Assembly: GCA_964432785.1 (NCBI GenBank)
Contig: CAYSOV010000001.1
Span: 33,087 to 81,239 of the forward strand
Source: an uncultured Gammaproteobacteria bacterium
GTDB taxonomy: Bacteria > Patescibacteriota > Microgenomatia > UBA8517 > UBA10165
Length of the DNA stretch: 48,153 nt
Direction of reading: 5' to 3'
Shown here: positions 1-7,392 of the stretch, one piece after another
Numbering within the stretch: the first letter of the stretch is position 1
Layout: every line of letters begins with the position of its first letter
Notes under the pieces: generated by a model
Databases searched by the model: none
What the model saw: the letters and a program-made list of their open reading frames with translations, nothing else
Told to the model about the DNA's origin: nothing
Program-made: the position numbers and the translations under genes

Positions 1-29
1 TGATTTGTGTAGAAATTTGACTAAACCGG

Positions 30-53
30 AATTACGTAATTAATTACGTAATT
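30..53. repeat. Two tandem copies of the perfect 12-bp palindrome AATTACGTAATT
   Basis: Read directly: ggAATTACGTAATTAATTACGTAATTattc. Each unit is its own reverse complement. It looks operator-like, but no regulator gene is visible in the window. Confidence 0.85.
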
Positions 54-84
54 ATTCTAAGTGGTAAATAACAAATGTCTAACT

Positions 85-158
85 TGGTCGGGGTGCCCGG
101 AGTTGAACCGGGGCCTTACGCACCCCATGCGCAAATACTACCGCTATACTACACCCCG
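85..158 (-). tRNA. tRNA-Pro (anticodon GGG), CCA encoded
   Basis: The reverse complement CGGGGTGTAGTATAGCGGTAGTATTTGCGCATGGGGTGCGTAAGGCCCCGGTTCAACTCCGGGCACCCCGACCA folds as a cloverleaf. Acceptor CGGGGTG/CACCCCG; D stem GTAT/GTAT with a GG loop; anticodon stem TGCGC/GCGTA; loop AT-GGG-GT; T arm CCCGG-TTCAACT-CCGGG. Confidence 0.9.
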
Positions 159-160
159 AT

Positions 161-230
161 GATAAAATTTCAAATCACAAATCTCAAATTCCAAACAAAC
201 TAATAAATTTTGTGCCAAAAATGAATGAGT
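161..230 (-). repeat. AT-rich spacer made of IGR-E-type word modules (partial copy)
   Basis: The 11-mer aaattccaaac at 186..196 equals 35320..35330. The same caaat/ccaaa word pattern occurs at 700..735. Confidence 0.4.
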
Positions 231-644
231 CTACCGCTTTGGTGACTGTTTTTTGCGCCTTGCTTTTCCTCCTGTTCCGACTTTTCGGCGTTCGCGCGTC
301 CTTGGATCGCGGGTTAAAAGACCGTGTTTTTTTAAAACCGGCCTGAATTTGTTTCTATCGAGTGCATTTAGGGCTCTTGCAAGCCCATGGACAACTGCGT
401 CAAGCTGGGCCTCTTTCCCTCCTCCCGCAACCTTGACGGTTGCAAAATATTTCCCCTCTGTCTGGGTTAACTGAAGGGGTCGGGGCCAAAGTCTGCGGGC
501 AACCTCGCCCGGGAAATATTCTTCAATAGGCTTATCATTGACTATTGTTTGCCCCTTCTTGGGATATAGGCGCACGCGGGCAACGGCGCTTTTTCGGCGG
601 CCAACGGCGAAGGTATAACCTTTGTTTTGCTTTTTTTCTACCAT
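231..644 (-). CDS. rpsI: 30S ribosomal protein uS9
   Basis: ORF 231..719 trimmed to the ATG at 644 (MVEKKQNKGYTFAVGRRKSAVARV...). The basic C-terminus ends ...KQSPKR. It follows rplM as in the rplM-rpsI operon. Confidence 0.9.
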   Translation of the reverse strand: MVEKKQNKGYTFAVGRRKSAVARVRLYPKKGQTIVNDKPIEEYFPGEVARRLWPRPLQLTQTEGKYFATVKVAGGGKEAQLDAVVHGLARALNALDRNKFRPVLKKHGLLTRDPRTRERRKVGTGGKARRKKQSPKR

Positions 645-830
645 ATGCTTTAAGATAATAAATCCGAAATTCGAATATCGAAATTCGAAATAATCCGCCA
701 ATCGGCAGACTAAATTCAAATTTCCAAATGACCAAAATCGTTTTGAATTTTAGATTTTAGGCTTTGAAATTTGTTTCGGATTTCGTGCTTCGTGCTTCGA
801 ATTTATTCCGATATGAATGTTCTTCTCCTG
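645..830 (-). repeat. IGR-E copy 1 (AT-rich repeat; its distal part overlaps the rplM 3' end)
   Basis: Colinear with 35258..35395. The exact 19-mer gaaattcgaatatcgaaat at 666..684 equals 35272..35290, and atttcgtgctt is shared at the distal end. Confidence 0.75.
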
Positions 831-1212
831 CAAATACCTTAAGTCTTGCCATTCTTCTTTTCCTCAACCTATTTTTAGGCAGCATATTCTTTACCGCAAA
901 TTCTACAATCCTTGCCGGGTTTTTCTCCCTTATCTCCTCAAGCCTTAATGCTTTCAGGCCGCCGGGGTATCCGGAGTGGCGATAGTAGACTTTTTGTTTT
1001 TCCTTCTTGCCGGTAACTCGCACCTCTTTTGCATTAACAACCGTTACCCAGTCTCCGCTGTCAAGATGGGACGAGTAAGTCTTTTTGTGTTTTCCTATTA
1101 GAAGTTGAGCCACGCCGCTTGCAAGCCGCCCCAAAATTTCACCTCTGGCATCAATTATATGCCTTCCTCTTTTTATGTCTTTTGCTTTCGGCTGATAAGT
1201 TCTATACAACAT
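757..1212 (-). CDS. rplM: 50S ribosomal protein uL13
   Basis: MLYRTYQPKAKDIKR...WVTVVNA...YYRHSGYPGGLK. The last ~17 aa (RNKFEARSTKSETNFKA) are encoded by the IGR-E repeat. Confidence 0.93.
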   Translation of the reverse strand: MLYRTYQPKAKDIKRGRHIIDARGEILGRLASGVAQLLIGKHKKTYSSHLDSGDWVTVVNAKEVRVTGKKEKQKVYYRHSGYPGGLKALRLEEIREKNPARIVEFAVKNMLPKNRLRKRRMARLKVFAGEEHSYRNKFEARSTKSETNFKA

Positions 1213-1215
1213 TTT

Positions 1216-1647
1216 CTATTTTTTATTTTTTATTTTTTCATCCGCTTTTTGCGGAGCCTCTGATACTTTTGATACCTTTAGCGCCCTCTCTTCTTTATCC
1301 GTCCACTCTATCCTAACCCTAAACGAGCTATCGCCGCGGCGACTACCCAGAGGAATGCTTCTCGTAAAACCGCTTGCTCTTGCCCCGAAAGCCGGAATCT
1401 TTTGGAAAAGCTTTGAAGCAATCTCCTCGTCTTGAGCAAGGCTGGAAAGCACCTGTCTTCTTGCTGCAAGTGTTCCTTTTTTCGCAACCGTTACCAAACG
1501 ATCGACAAACCCGCGAAGTGTTTTTGCCCTCGGTCCCGAAGTTTCAATAGCACCGTGCAAGACCAAGGAACGAAAAAGGCCTCGCAAAAGCCCCCTTCTT
1601 GCGCCATAAGTTCTTCCAAGCCTTCCCCCTATTGTTCTTTTGCGCAT
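1216..1647 (-). CDS. rplQ: 50S ribosomal protein bL17
   Basis: ...GRLGRTYGARRGLLRGL...TSGPRAKTLRGFVDRLVT...GFTR. Lys-rich C-terminal tail. Last gene of the alpha operon. Confidence 0.92.
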   Translation of the reverse strand: MRKRTIGGRLGRTYGARRGLLRGLFRSLVLHGAIETSGPRAKTLRGFVDRLVTVAKKGTLAARRQVLSSLAQDEEIASKLFQKIPAFGARASGFTRSIPLGSRRGDSSFRVRIEWTDKEERALKVSKVSEAPQKADEKIKNKK

Positions 1648-1650
1648 CTT

Positions 1651-2565
1651 TTACTCCTTCCAAGACACTCCTTTTGCCTTTAGGGCGGTTCTTATAATTT
1701 TAATTGACTTTTCGCCCAGGTTTCTAACCTTAACTATGGATTCGATATCGGCTCCGACTATGTCATTAACGGTTTCGTATCCTGCCTTAACAAGGGCGTT
1801 TGCAATGCGCGTAGGCAGGTTTAATTCTTCAACGGAAAGAGTGCTTAGTTTTACGGGGAGAGCATCCTTAACCTGAACCTTTTTCTCGAGTTTCGCGGGC
1901 GATACTATCTGCCCGAGATACCCAATAAGCGTTTCTGCAGATTTTCTCAGGCTGTCCCAGGAAGAAACACTGCCGTCCGTCCAAATCTCCATAGTCAATT
2001 TATCATAATTGGTAAGACGGCCGACGCGCGTCTCCTCAACCTTGTAGTTCACTCTTTTTATCGGCGAGAAATCCGCGTCAAGCGGTATTAATCCTATGGT
2101 ATTTGTTTTTCTATCCTCGGCAGGGGAATAGCCAAGCCCCGTCTCAACCTGCATATCTATATCAAGCTTGCTTTGAGCGTTGGCCAGGGTTGCAATAACA
2201 AGATCCGGGTTCGCAATTTTCACTCCGGCAGGCGCGTTTATCTTCGATGCCTTAACCTCCCCCTTGCCCTTTGCCGAAAGAGTAAGTTTTACCGGCTTAC
2301 TGCCGCTGTAGCTGACCCTTAAGCTTTTAATATTAAGGAGCAGATCAACACCGTCCTCGCGAACTCCTTTTATAGTACCGAATTGGTGCTTTAGACCGGA
2401 AACCCTAACTTGGGTTACCGCAGCTCCGGGGATGCTTGAAAGCAAAACACGGCGCAGGGAAGAACCGAGAGTGTGACCGTACCCTTGCTCAAGCGGCTCT
2501 ATGGAAAATTTTCCGTAATCATCCTTTGTCTCTTCGCTTTTAATTTGAAATACTATATCACTCAT
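1651..2565 (-). CDS. rpoA: DNA-directed RNA polymerase subunit alpha
   Basis: The tracked ORF starts at TTG 2574. The ATG at 2565 (MSDIVFQIKSEE...) lies about 9-12 nt downstream of GGAGGTGA. N-terminal dimerisation domain plus a C-terminal helix-hairpin-helix region (LNLPTRIANAL...NLGEKS). Confidence 0.93.
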   Translation of the reverse strand: MSDIVFQIKSEETKDDYGKFSIEPLEQGYGHTLGSSLRRVLLSSIPGAAVTQVRVSGLKHQFGTIKGVREDGVDLLLNIKSLRVSYSGSKPVKLTLSAKGKGEVKASKINAPAGVKIANPDLVIATLANAQSKLDIDMQVETGLGYSPAEDRKTNTIGLIPLDADFSPIKRVNYKVEETRVGRLTNYDKLTMEIWTDGSVSSWDSLRKSAETLIGYLGQIVSPAKLEKKVQVKDALPVKLSTLSVEELNLPTRIANALVKAGYETVNDIVGADIESIVKVRNLGEKSIKIIRTALKAKGVSWKE

Positions 2566-2605
2566 TCTTATCAATCACCTCCTTCGCCTCCGCTTGCTTC
2601 AGTTT

Positions 2606-2696
2606 AAGATAGTGGCGAACCCTTCCGTAGCTTTAGCGGAGAAGGGTTTTCCCTTTGCTTGGCTACGGGGGGAGGGGCAAGCCTACCCACTATCTT
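2606..2696 (-). other. 91-nt nested GC-rich stem-loop in the rpsD-rpoA spacer
   Basis: Three coaxial stems: aagatagtgg (2606..2615) pairs with ccactatctt (2687..2696); ccgtagc (2625..2631) pairs with gctacgg (2662..2668); aaggg-tttt-ccctt forms the tip (2642..2655). Confidence 0.6.
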
Positions 2697-2753
2697 GAGT
2701 AAGAGTTCTCGGCTCGGCCTTAAGGCCTCGCCTACGCTCCTCTTGCTCTCTTA

Positions 2754-2769
2754 GTCCGCCTTGGCGGAC
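2754..2769 (-). other. CCGCC/GGCGG-type hairpin just downstream of the rpsD stop
   Basis: GTCCGCC-tt-GGCGGAC, with no U-tract. The same CCGCC...GGCGG hairpin type recurs at 14402..14427, 16181..16213 and 30401..30417. Confidence 0.55.
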
Positions 2770-2779
2770 CAAGCTTTGC

Positions 2780-3376
2780 TTATCGAGAGTAAAACTCAAT
2801 TATAGCGTGTTCTGAAATAGGTTCAAGTATATCTTCTCTTTTGGGTAAGTTTTTTACCCTACCGATGGCGCCTTTTCTTTCGAGCCAACTTGGCAGTTTC
2901 GGCTCCTCTACGACAAGAAGCTTTTTAATTTCAGGGATTTCTTGGGCTTTTGCGTCCAAGGCAATCGTTTCTCCCTCTTTAACTCTGTAGGAAGGAATAC
3001 TCAATAACTTGCCGTCAACCAGGATGTGTCTGTGGGAAACCAGCTGTCTTGCGGCGGGTCTTGTCGGAGCAAACCCCAGTCTAAAAACAACATTGTCAAG
3101 TCTTGTTTCAAGTAGCGCTATAAGCATTTCCCCCGTATTCCCTTTAACCTTTCCCGCGCGGGCCACCAAACCGCTAAACTGCTTTTCCGAAAGACCGTAA
3201 AATCTTTTCGCTCTTTGTTTTTCCCTAAGCTGCTTGCCAAACTCGGAAGTTTTTCTGGCGCCCTTTGGCCCGTGTTGCCCCGGAGGGACGGAGAGACGAG
3301 TAAGTTTTGCCCCTTTCCCGAAAAGGTCAAACCCTTCCCTCCTTGATAATCTGTCTTTTGGTCCTGTGTAACGCAT
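2780..3376 (-). CDS. rpsD: 30S ribosomal protein uS4
   Basis: MRYTGPKDRLSRREGFDLF... and an S4 RNA-binding domain (LDNVVFRLGFAPTRPAARQLVSHRH). Confidence 0.93.
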   Translation of the reverse strand: MRYTGPKDRLSRREGFDLFGKGAKLTRLSVPPGQHGPKGARKTSEFGKQLREKQRAKRFYGLSEKQFSGLVARAGKVKGNTGEMLIALLETRLDNVVFRLGFAPTRPAARQLVSHRHILVDGKLLSIPSYRVKEGETIALDAKAQEIPEIKKLLVVEEPKLPSWLERKGAIGRVKNLPKREDILEPISEHAIIEFYSR

Positions 3377-3410
3377 AATAGTAAAAGGTTAAAAGTGATA
3401 AGTAAAAAGC
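3377..3410 (-). repeat. IGR-B copy 1 (leader immediately upstream of rpsD)
   Basis: The coding strand reads ctttttacttatcacttttaaccttttactatt-ATG. The exact 15-mer gtgataagtaaaaag at 3395..3409 equals 20276..20290. Confidence 0.7.
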
Positions 3411-3440
3411 TTTCTGCCCTTTTGCTTTTTGCCTTTCACT

Positions 3441-3866
3441 TTATACCCTTCTCTTCTTTTTTGCCCTTGGTCCGTTATAGGGAATCCCCGTAACATCGGC
3501 TATCAGACCCATGTGTAAACCGGAATTTTTAATGACCCGCAGTGCCGCATCGCGGCCCGGACCGGGACCCCGAAGATAAACATCCACGCTCTTCAGTCCA
3601 AAACTCTCTTTCCCTTTCTTCAGAATCTGCTCTACAGCCGTCGTTGCGGCATAAGGAGTGGATTTTCTTGTGCCCTTAAACCCGGCCCTTCCCGATGAGC
3701 CCCATACAAGAACATTACCGGCCTCGTCGGTTAATGTGGCCAATGTGTTATTAAAGGTAGCGTTCACAAAAACCTTGCCGCTTGATACCTCGGTCTTCTT
3801 CTTTTGCCGGTTGCTCTCGTGCTGTTTGGCAACGGGGCCGGCGGATTTTTTCTTGTCCTTCGTCAT
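3441..3866 (-). CDS. rpsK: 30S ribosomal protein uS11
   Basis: ...FVNATFNNTLATLTD..GN...WGSSGRAGFKGTRKSTPYAA..., with a basic N-terminal extension of about 20 aa. Confidence 0.93.
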   Translation of the reverse strand: MTKDKKKSAGPVAKQHESNRQKKKTEVSSGKVFVNATFNNTLATLTDEAGNVLVWGSSGRAGFKGTRKSTPYAATTAVEQILKKGKESFGLKSVDVYLRGPGPGRDAALRVIKNSGLHMGLIADVTGIPYNGPRAKKKRRV

Positions 3867-3871
3867 TTTGA

Positions 3872-4303
3872 TTATTCCTTTCCTTTAACTGCCTCTTTCC
3901 CCTTCGCGCCCCTTGACCCCGCGGTCCTTGCCAAAGCTTCTTTTTTAAACGCTCCTATGGTCTTTCTTTTGCCTCTCTTGGTTCGAGCATTGGTCTTTGT
4001 TCTTTGCCCCCGAACGGGTAAATTCCTGCTATGGCGCATGCCGCGATACGAACCCGTATCCTTGAGTCTTTGCAGGTTTTGCCGGATTTCGCGCCGTAAG
4101 TCACCCTCGACTTTATATTGCTCAACCGCCTTGTTAAGAAGCCCTACTTCCTCGTCCGTTAAGTCCTTGGTTCTTTTCCCCGAGGGAATTTTGGTATCCT
4201 TTAGGATTTTTTCCGACAATACCCATCCTATCCCGTAAAGCCGGGTAAGCGCCCAGTCAATTCTTGCATTTTCCGGTAATTCTATTCCTACTATTCTGGC
4301 CAC
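3872..4303 (-). CDS. rpsM: 30S ribosomal protein uS13
   Basis: GTG start (MARIVGIELP...) preceded by GGAG. ...YRGMRHSRNLPVRGQRTKTNART... Confidence 0.92.
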   Translation of the reverse strand: MARIVGIELPENARIDWALTRLYGIGWVLSEKILKDTKIPSGKRTKDLTDEEVGLLNKAVEQYKVEGDLRREIRQNLQRLKDTGSYRGMRHSRNLPVRGQRTKTNARTKRGKRKTIGAFKKEALARTAGSRGAKGKEAVKGKE

Positions 4304-4354
4304 GGTTCGCTCCGTTCAAATTAAAAAATGAAAATGTAAATATTAAAAATACAA
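4304..4354 (-). repeat. IGR-A copy 1 (leader cassette upstream of rpsM)
   Basis: The coding strand reads ttgtatttttaatatttacattttcattttttaatttgaacggagcgaacc-GTG. The 23-mer at 4332..4354 is identical to 23205..23227. Confidence 0.8.
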
Positions 4355-4427
4355 TTTAAAATTTAAAAATTTTGGATTTTGATATATATAATTTTTCATT
4401 TTTAACTTTTAATTTTTAATTTATTTT

Positions 4428-4541
4428 TTATCCTTGTCTTTGTTTGTGTTTTGGATTTGAACAAATAACATAAAGCCTGCCCCCTCTTCGGGCAAACTTG
4501 CAATTCTTGCAAACTTTTTTTACGGACGATGTAACTTTCAT
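4428..4541 (-). CDS. rpmJ: 50S ribosomal protein bL36
   Basis: Not in the ORF track because it is under 60 aa. My translation is [37 protein letters not shown], with the CxxC...C..H zinc motif. It sits between infA and rpsM as expected. Confidence 0.9.
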   Translation of the reverse strand: MKVTSSVKKVCKNCKFARRGGRLYVICSNPKHKQRQG

Positions 4542-4588
4542 TTTTGGTTTTCTAAAAACAAGGTTCTTGCCAAGGCAAGGTTCTCATT

Positions 4589-4804
4589 TTAGACCTTCCA
4601 GACAATGCGGCCCCGGGTATTGTCATACGGCGTCATCTCAACCCGCACCTTGTCCCCCGGCAAAAGACGTATGAAATGCCGCCTTAATTTACCGGCCACT
4701 ATTGCCAAAATCCGGCGGCCGTCCAAGAGTTCAACCCGAAACATCGTATTGGGCAATGACTCAAGCACCGTGCCGTCAAAAATCTGGTTCTTTTTATCCT
4801 TCAT
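4589..4804 (-). CDS. infA: Translation initiation factor IF-1
   Basis: The ATG at 4804 gives [30 protein letters not shown]..., colinear with IF-1. I judge the alternative ATG at 4828 to be an extension. Confidence 0.9.
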   Translation of the reverse strand: MKDKKNQIFDGTVLESLPNTMFRVELLDGRRILAIVAGKLRRHFIRLLPGDKVRVEMTPYDNTRGRIVWKV

Positions 4805-4829
4805 GCCTAAAACCGCAAAAATCCGCATG

Positions 4830-5576
4830 CTATGCGGTTAGAACCTGCGGGCCGCTCGTTGCTGCTACAACAGTTTCCTCAAACAGTGCGGCTATTTTAC
4901 CATCTTTTGTGCTCAATGTCCAGCCGTCCCTGCCAAGCACCAACTCCGGCGACCCGGCCATATAAATAACCTCAATAGCCAAAGCCGCTCCTTCGGGGAT
5001 ACGCTCATCTTTTACATGTTCTGTGTAAAAACATGGGATGGAGGGCTTTTCGTGAAGCTCCCGGCCTATGCCGTGTCCCGTTAGGGCAGTGACCGGAGAA
5101 TATCCTTCGGCTTCTAAAATACGCTCCATTGTTCTTGATATATCGGATACTCTGTTTCCCAGCTTGACCCGGTCTAGAGACTCCGACAGCGCCCTCTCTC
5201 CCGCGGCAAGAAACCTTTTTACCTCCCCGGAAACCCCTCCTACGGGAACGGTAAAGGATGTATCCGTATGAAAACCTTTATAGAACAACCCAACATCCAC
5301 GCTTACAATATCACCGTTTTTAAAAGGGGTGCGGTCGGGAACACCGTGAACAACGCCGTCGTTAACATTAATGCAGGTTGACCAAAGATAATTTTTTACC
5401 GTCTTGAACGACGGTTGTCCGCCCGCCGCGAGTATTAATTTCTCCGCCATTTTATCAAGTTCCCAGGGCGTTGCGCCGGGAGCAACTGCGTCCCGCAATG
5501 CCTCTTTAATTAATGAAAGTTTTTGTCCGCCCTTTCTCATAACTTCGATTTCTTCTTTGGTTTTAGGTTTAATCAT
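4830..5576 (-). CDS. map: Methionine aminopeptidase, type I
   Basis: [30 protein letters not shown] and ALAIEVIY motifs. Conserved position after adk. Confidence 0.9.
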   Translation of the reverse strand: MIKPKTKEEIEVMRKGGQKLSLIKEALRDAVAPGATPWELDKMAEKLILAAGGQPSFKTVKNYLWSTCINVNDGVVHGVPDRTPFKNGDIVSVDVGLFYKGFHTDTSFTVPVGGVSGEVKRFLAAGERALSESLDRVKLGNRVSDISRTMERILEAEGYSPVTALTGHGIGRELHEKPSIPCFYTEHVKDERIPEGAALAIEVIYMAGSPELVLGRDGWTLSTKDGKIAALFEETVVAATSGPQVLTA

Positions 5577-6108
5577 TTTTTATTCTCCTTAGTATTTCTT
5601 GAAAAACCTCATCTTGGGTTTTTGTTCCGTCAACTTTTTCCAAAATTACTTTTTCCTTATAATAATCAAGTGCCGGCTGGGTGTTTTCGTGATAAAGCTT
5701 AAGCCTTGTTTCTATAATCTTCGGCGTATCGTCCTGCCTTCCTCTTTTTATAAGCCTTTCGGTATTAACCTCATCCGGAACGGCAAGATAAAAAACTTTA
5801 TCCGGCTTTACTATACCCTCTAAAAGCCTTGCCTGATTTACGGTTCTTGGGGCGCCGTCCATAACAAACCCCTCCTCGTATTTTTTGCCGGAAAGCTCTT
5901 CCCGCAAGAGGGCCGTTGTGGTCAAGTCGTCAACCAATTCCCCGCGCTCCACAAGGCCTTTTATTTTTCTCCCGGCCTCCGTTTCTTCCTGGGCTTTCAA
6001 GCGAAGCAGGCTGCCGACATCAAGGAGCGGCAGGTTAAGTTCTTGGGAAAGGAGCTGGGCCTGTGTACTCTTCCCCGACCCCTGCGGCCCCAAGATGATA
6101 ATGTTCAT
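5569..6108 (-). CDS. adk: Adenylate kinase (short, lid-less form)
   Basis: P-loop in MNIIILGPQGSGKSTQ. Only 179 aa. Overlaps map by 8 nt. Confidence 0.9.
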   Translation of the reverse strand: MNIIILGPQGSGKSTQAQLLSQELNLPLLDVGSLLRLKAQEETEAGRKIKGLVERGELVDDLTTTALLREELSGKKYEEGFVMDGAPRTVNQARLLEGIVKPDKVFYLAVPDEVNTERLIKRGRQDDTPKIIETRLKLYHENTQPALDYYKEKVILEKVDGTKTQDEVFQEILRRIKND

Positions 6109-6114
6109 GACAAT

Positions 6115-7392
6115 TTACAGAAACTTATCATAATTGCGCATCACAAGCTGCGCTTCAATCTTCTTTGTGGTTTCAAGAATAACCGAAACAACTATAAGAA
6201 TACCCGTTCCTCCTATTGCAAGTTGGGAAACTCCGGTCGCGCCTTGGACAACAGACGGAAGTACCGCAACCGCTCCCAAGAAAACGGCGCCCGGAAGAGT
6301 AACACGGGTAAGAACCTTGTTAAGATAGCCGGCGGTTGCCTCGCCCGGCCTTATCCCCGGCACAAATCCGCCATGCTTTCTAATCTCATCGGATATCTTT
6401 GTCGGGTTGAATATAACCGCCGTGTAGAAAAAAGTAAAACCGACAACTAAAAGAAAATAGGTTAGGTTGTATATAATATGCTGGGGTGAAAAAAGGCTCG
6501 AGAGGGTCTGGGCGAAATAGGCTACCTTCTCGTTCGGTGCGTTAGCCAAGAATTGCCCAACCATAGAAGGAACCAAAACAAGCGAAACGGCAAAGATTAT
6601 GGGGATAACCCCGGCTTGATTTATGCGAAGAGGCAGGTGTGTTTCCTGGCTAACCAAGCTTCCTCTTGCGGCGCGTCTTGCGTACTGAACAGGTATCCTT
6701 CTTGCCGCTTCATTGATAAAGACTATTCCTCCGATTACCAAAAGAGACATTATCAAGAACGAGGCAAGGGGGAATATGTCCTCTTGCGCACTTGTTAAAA
6801 AGGTTTGTCCCGTCACAACGGGCAGCCGTCCAACGATTCCTGCAAAAATAAGGAGCGATATTCCGTTGCCTACGCCGTGCTCGGTTATTAACTCTCCAAG
6901 CCAAACAACAAACATTGTTCCGGCGGTCATCGTCATAACGAGCGCGAGAAGAGACAGCGGAGAAAGAGGGGGGACAATTTTCTGATTTGCCAAAAGAAAA
7001 TACAGCCCTACCGCCTGCAAAGAGGCAAGGGGAACCGTCAGAAACCTTGTATATTGATTAATTTTTGCCCTGCCGAATTCGCCTTCTTTTGACAACTCCT
7101 CAAGTTTTGGGGAAACCAAGGTCAAAAGCTGAAGGATAATTGAGGCGTTAATGTAGGGATTAAGACCCATGGCTAAAATAGAGAAGTTTGCCAAAGTTCC
7201 GCCCGAAAAAACATCAAGAAGAGAAAGAAGAGGACTTTGAGCAAAAAAATTCTTTAGGGCGTTATAATCTATTCCCGACGCCGGGATATGTGCCAAAAGC
7301 CGAAAAACAACCAAGATAAGGGCAGTAAAAACAATTTTTTTTCTGATTTCGGGGATAACCCAAGCACGGGCAAGATTTTGAATTGATTTCAT
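6115..7392 (-). CDS. secY: Preprotein translocase subunit SecY
   Basis: 425-aa polytopic membrane protein (...GLNPYINASIILQLL...) in the conserved position. ATGA overlap with the rplO stop. Confidence 0.93.
   Translation of the reverse strand: MKSIQNLARAWVIPEIRKKIVFTALILVVFRLLAHIPASGIDYNALKNFFAQSPLLSLLDVFSGGTLANFSILAMGLNPYINASIILQLLTLVSPKLEELSKEGEFGRAKINQYTRFLTVPLASLQAVGLYFLLANQKIVPPLSPLSLLALVMTMTAGTMFVVWLGELITEHGVGNGISLLIFAGIVGRLPVVTGQTFLTSAQEDIFPLASFLIMSLLVIGGIVFINEAARRIPVQYARRAARGSLVSQETHLPLRINQAGVIPIIFAVSLVLVPSMVGQFLANAPNEKVAYFAQTLSSLFSPQHIIYNLTYFLLVVGFTFFYTAVIFNPTKISDEIRKHGGFVPGIRPGEATAGYLNKVLTRVTLPGAVFLGAVAVLPSVVQGATGVSQLAIGGTGILIVVSVILETTKKIEAQLVMRNYDKFL

Noticed and set aside
231-719. 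N-terminally extended versions of tracked ORFs: rpsI, rpoA, infA, rplO, rpsE, rpsH, rpsN, rpmC, rpsC, rplB, rplW, rpsG, rpsL, rpoC, alaS and the 761-aa gene.
   Set aside because: The extensions start at TTG, GTG or upstream ATG codons that lie inside the preceding gene or an intergenic repeat. The internal starts reproduce the canonical protein N-termini and give tidy junctions with the upstream stop codons.
2606-2696. A known housekeeping ncRNA (4.5S/SRP RNA, 6S, tmRNA fragment) in the rpsD-rpoA spacer.
   Set aside because: The hairpin has a UUUU/AAAA tip. It lacks the GNAR tetraloop and the AGCA-type symmetric-loop motifs of SRP RNA. Its size and shape do not fit 6S or tmRNA.
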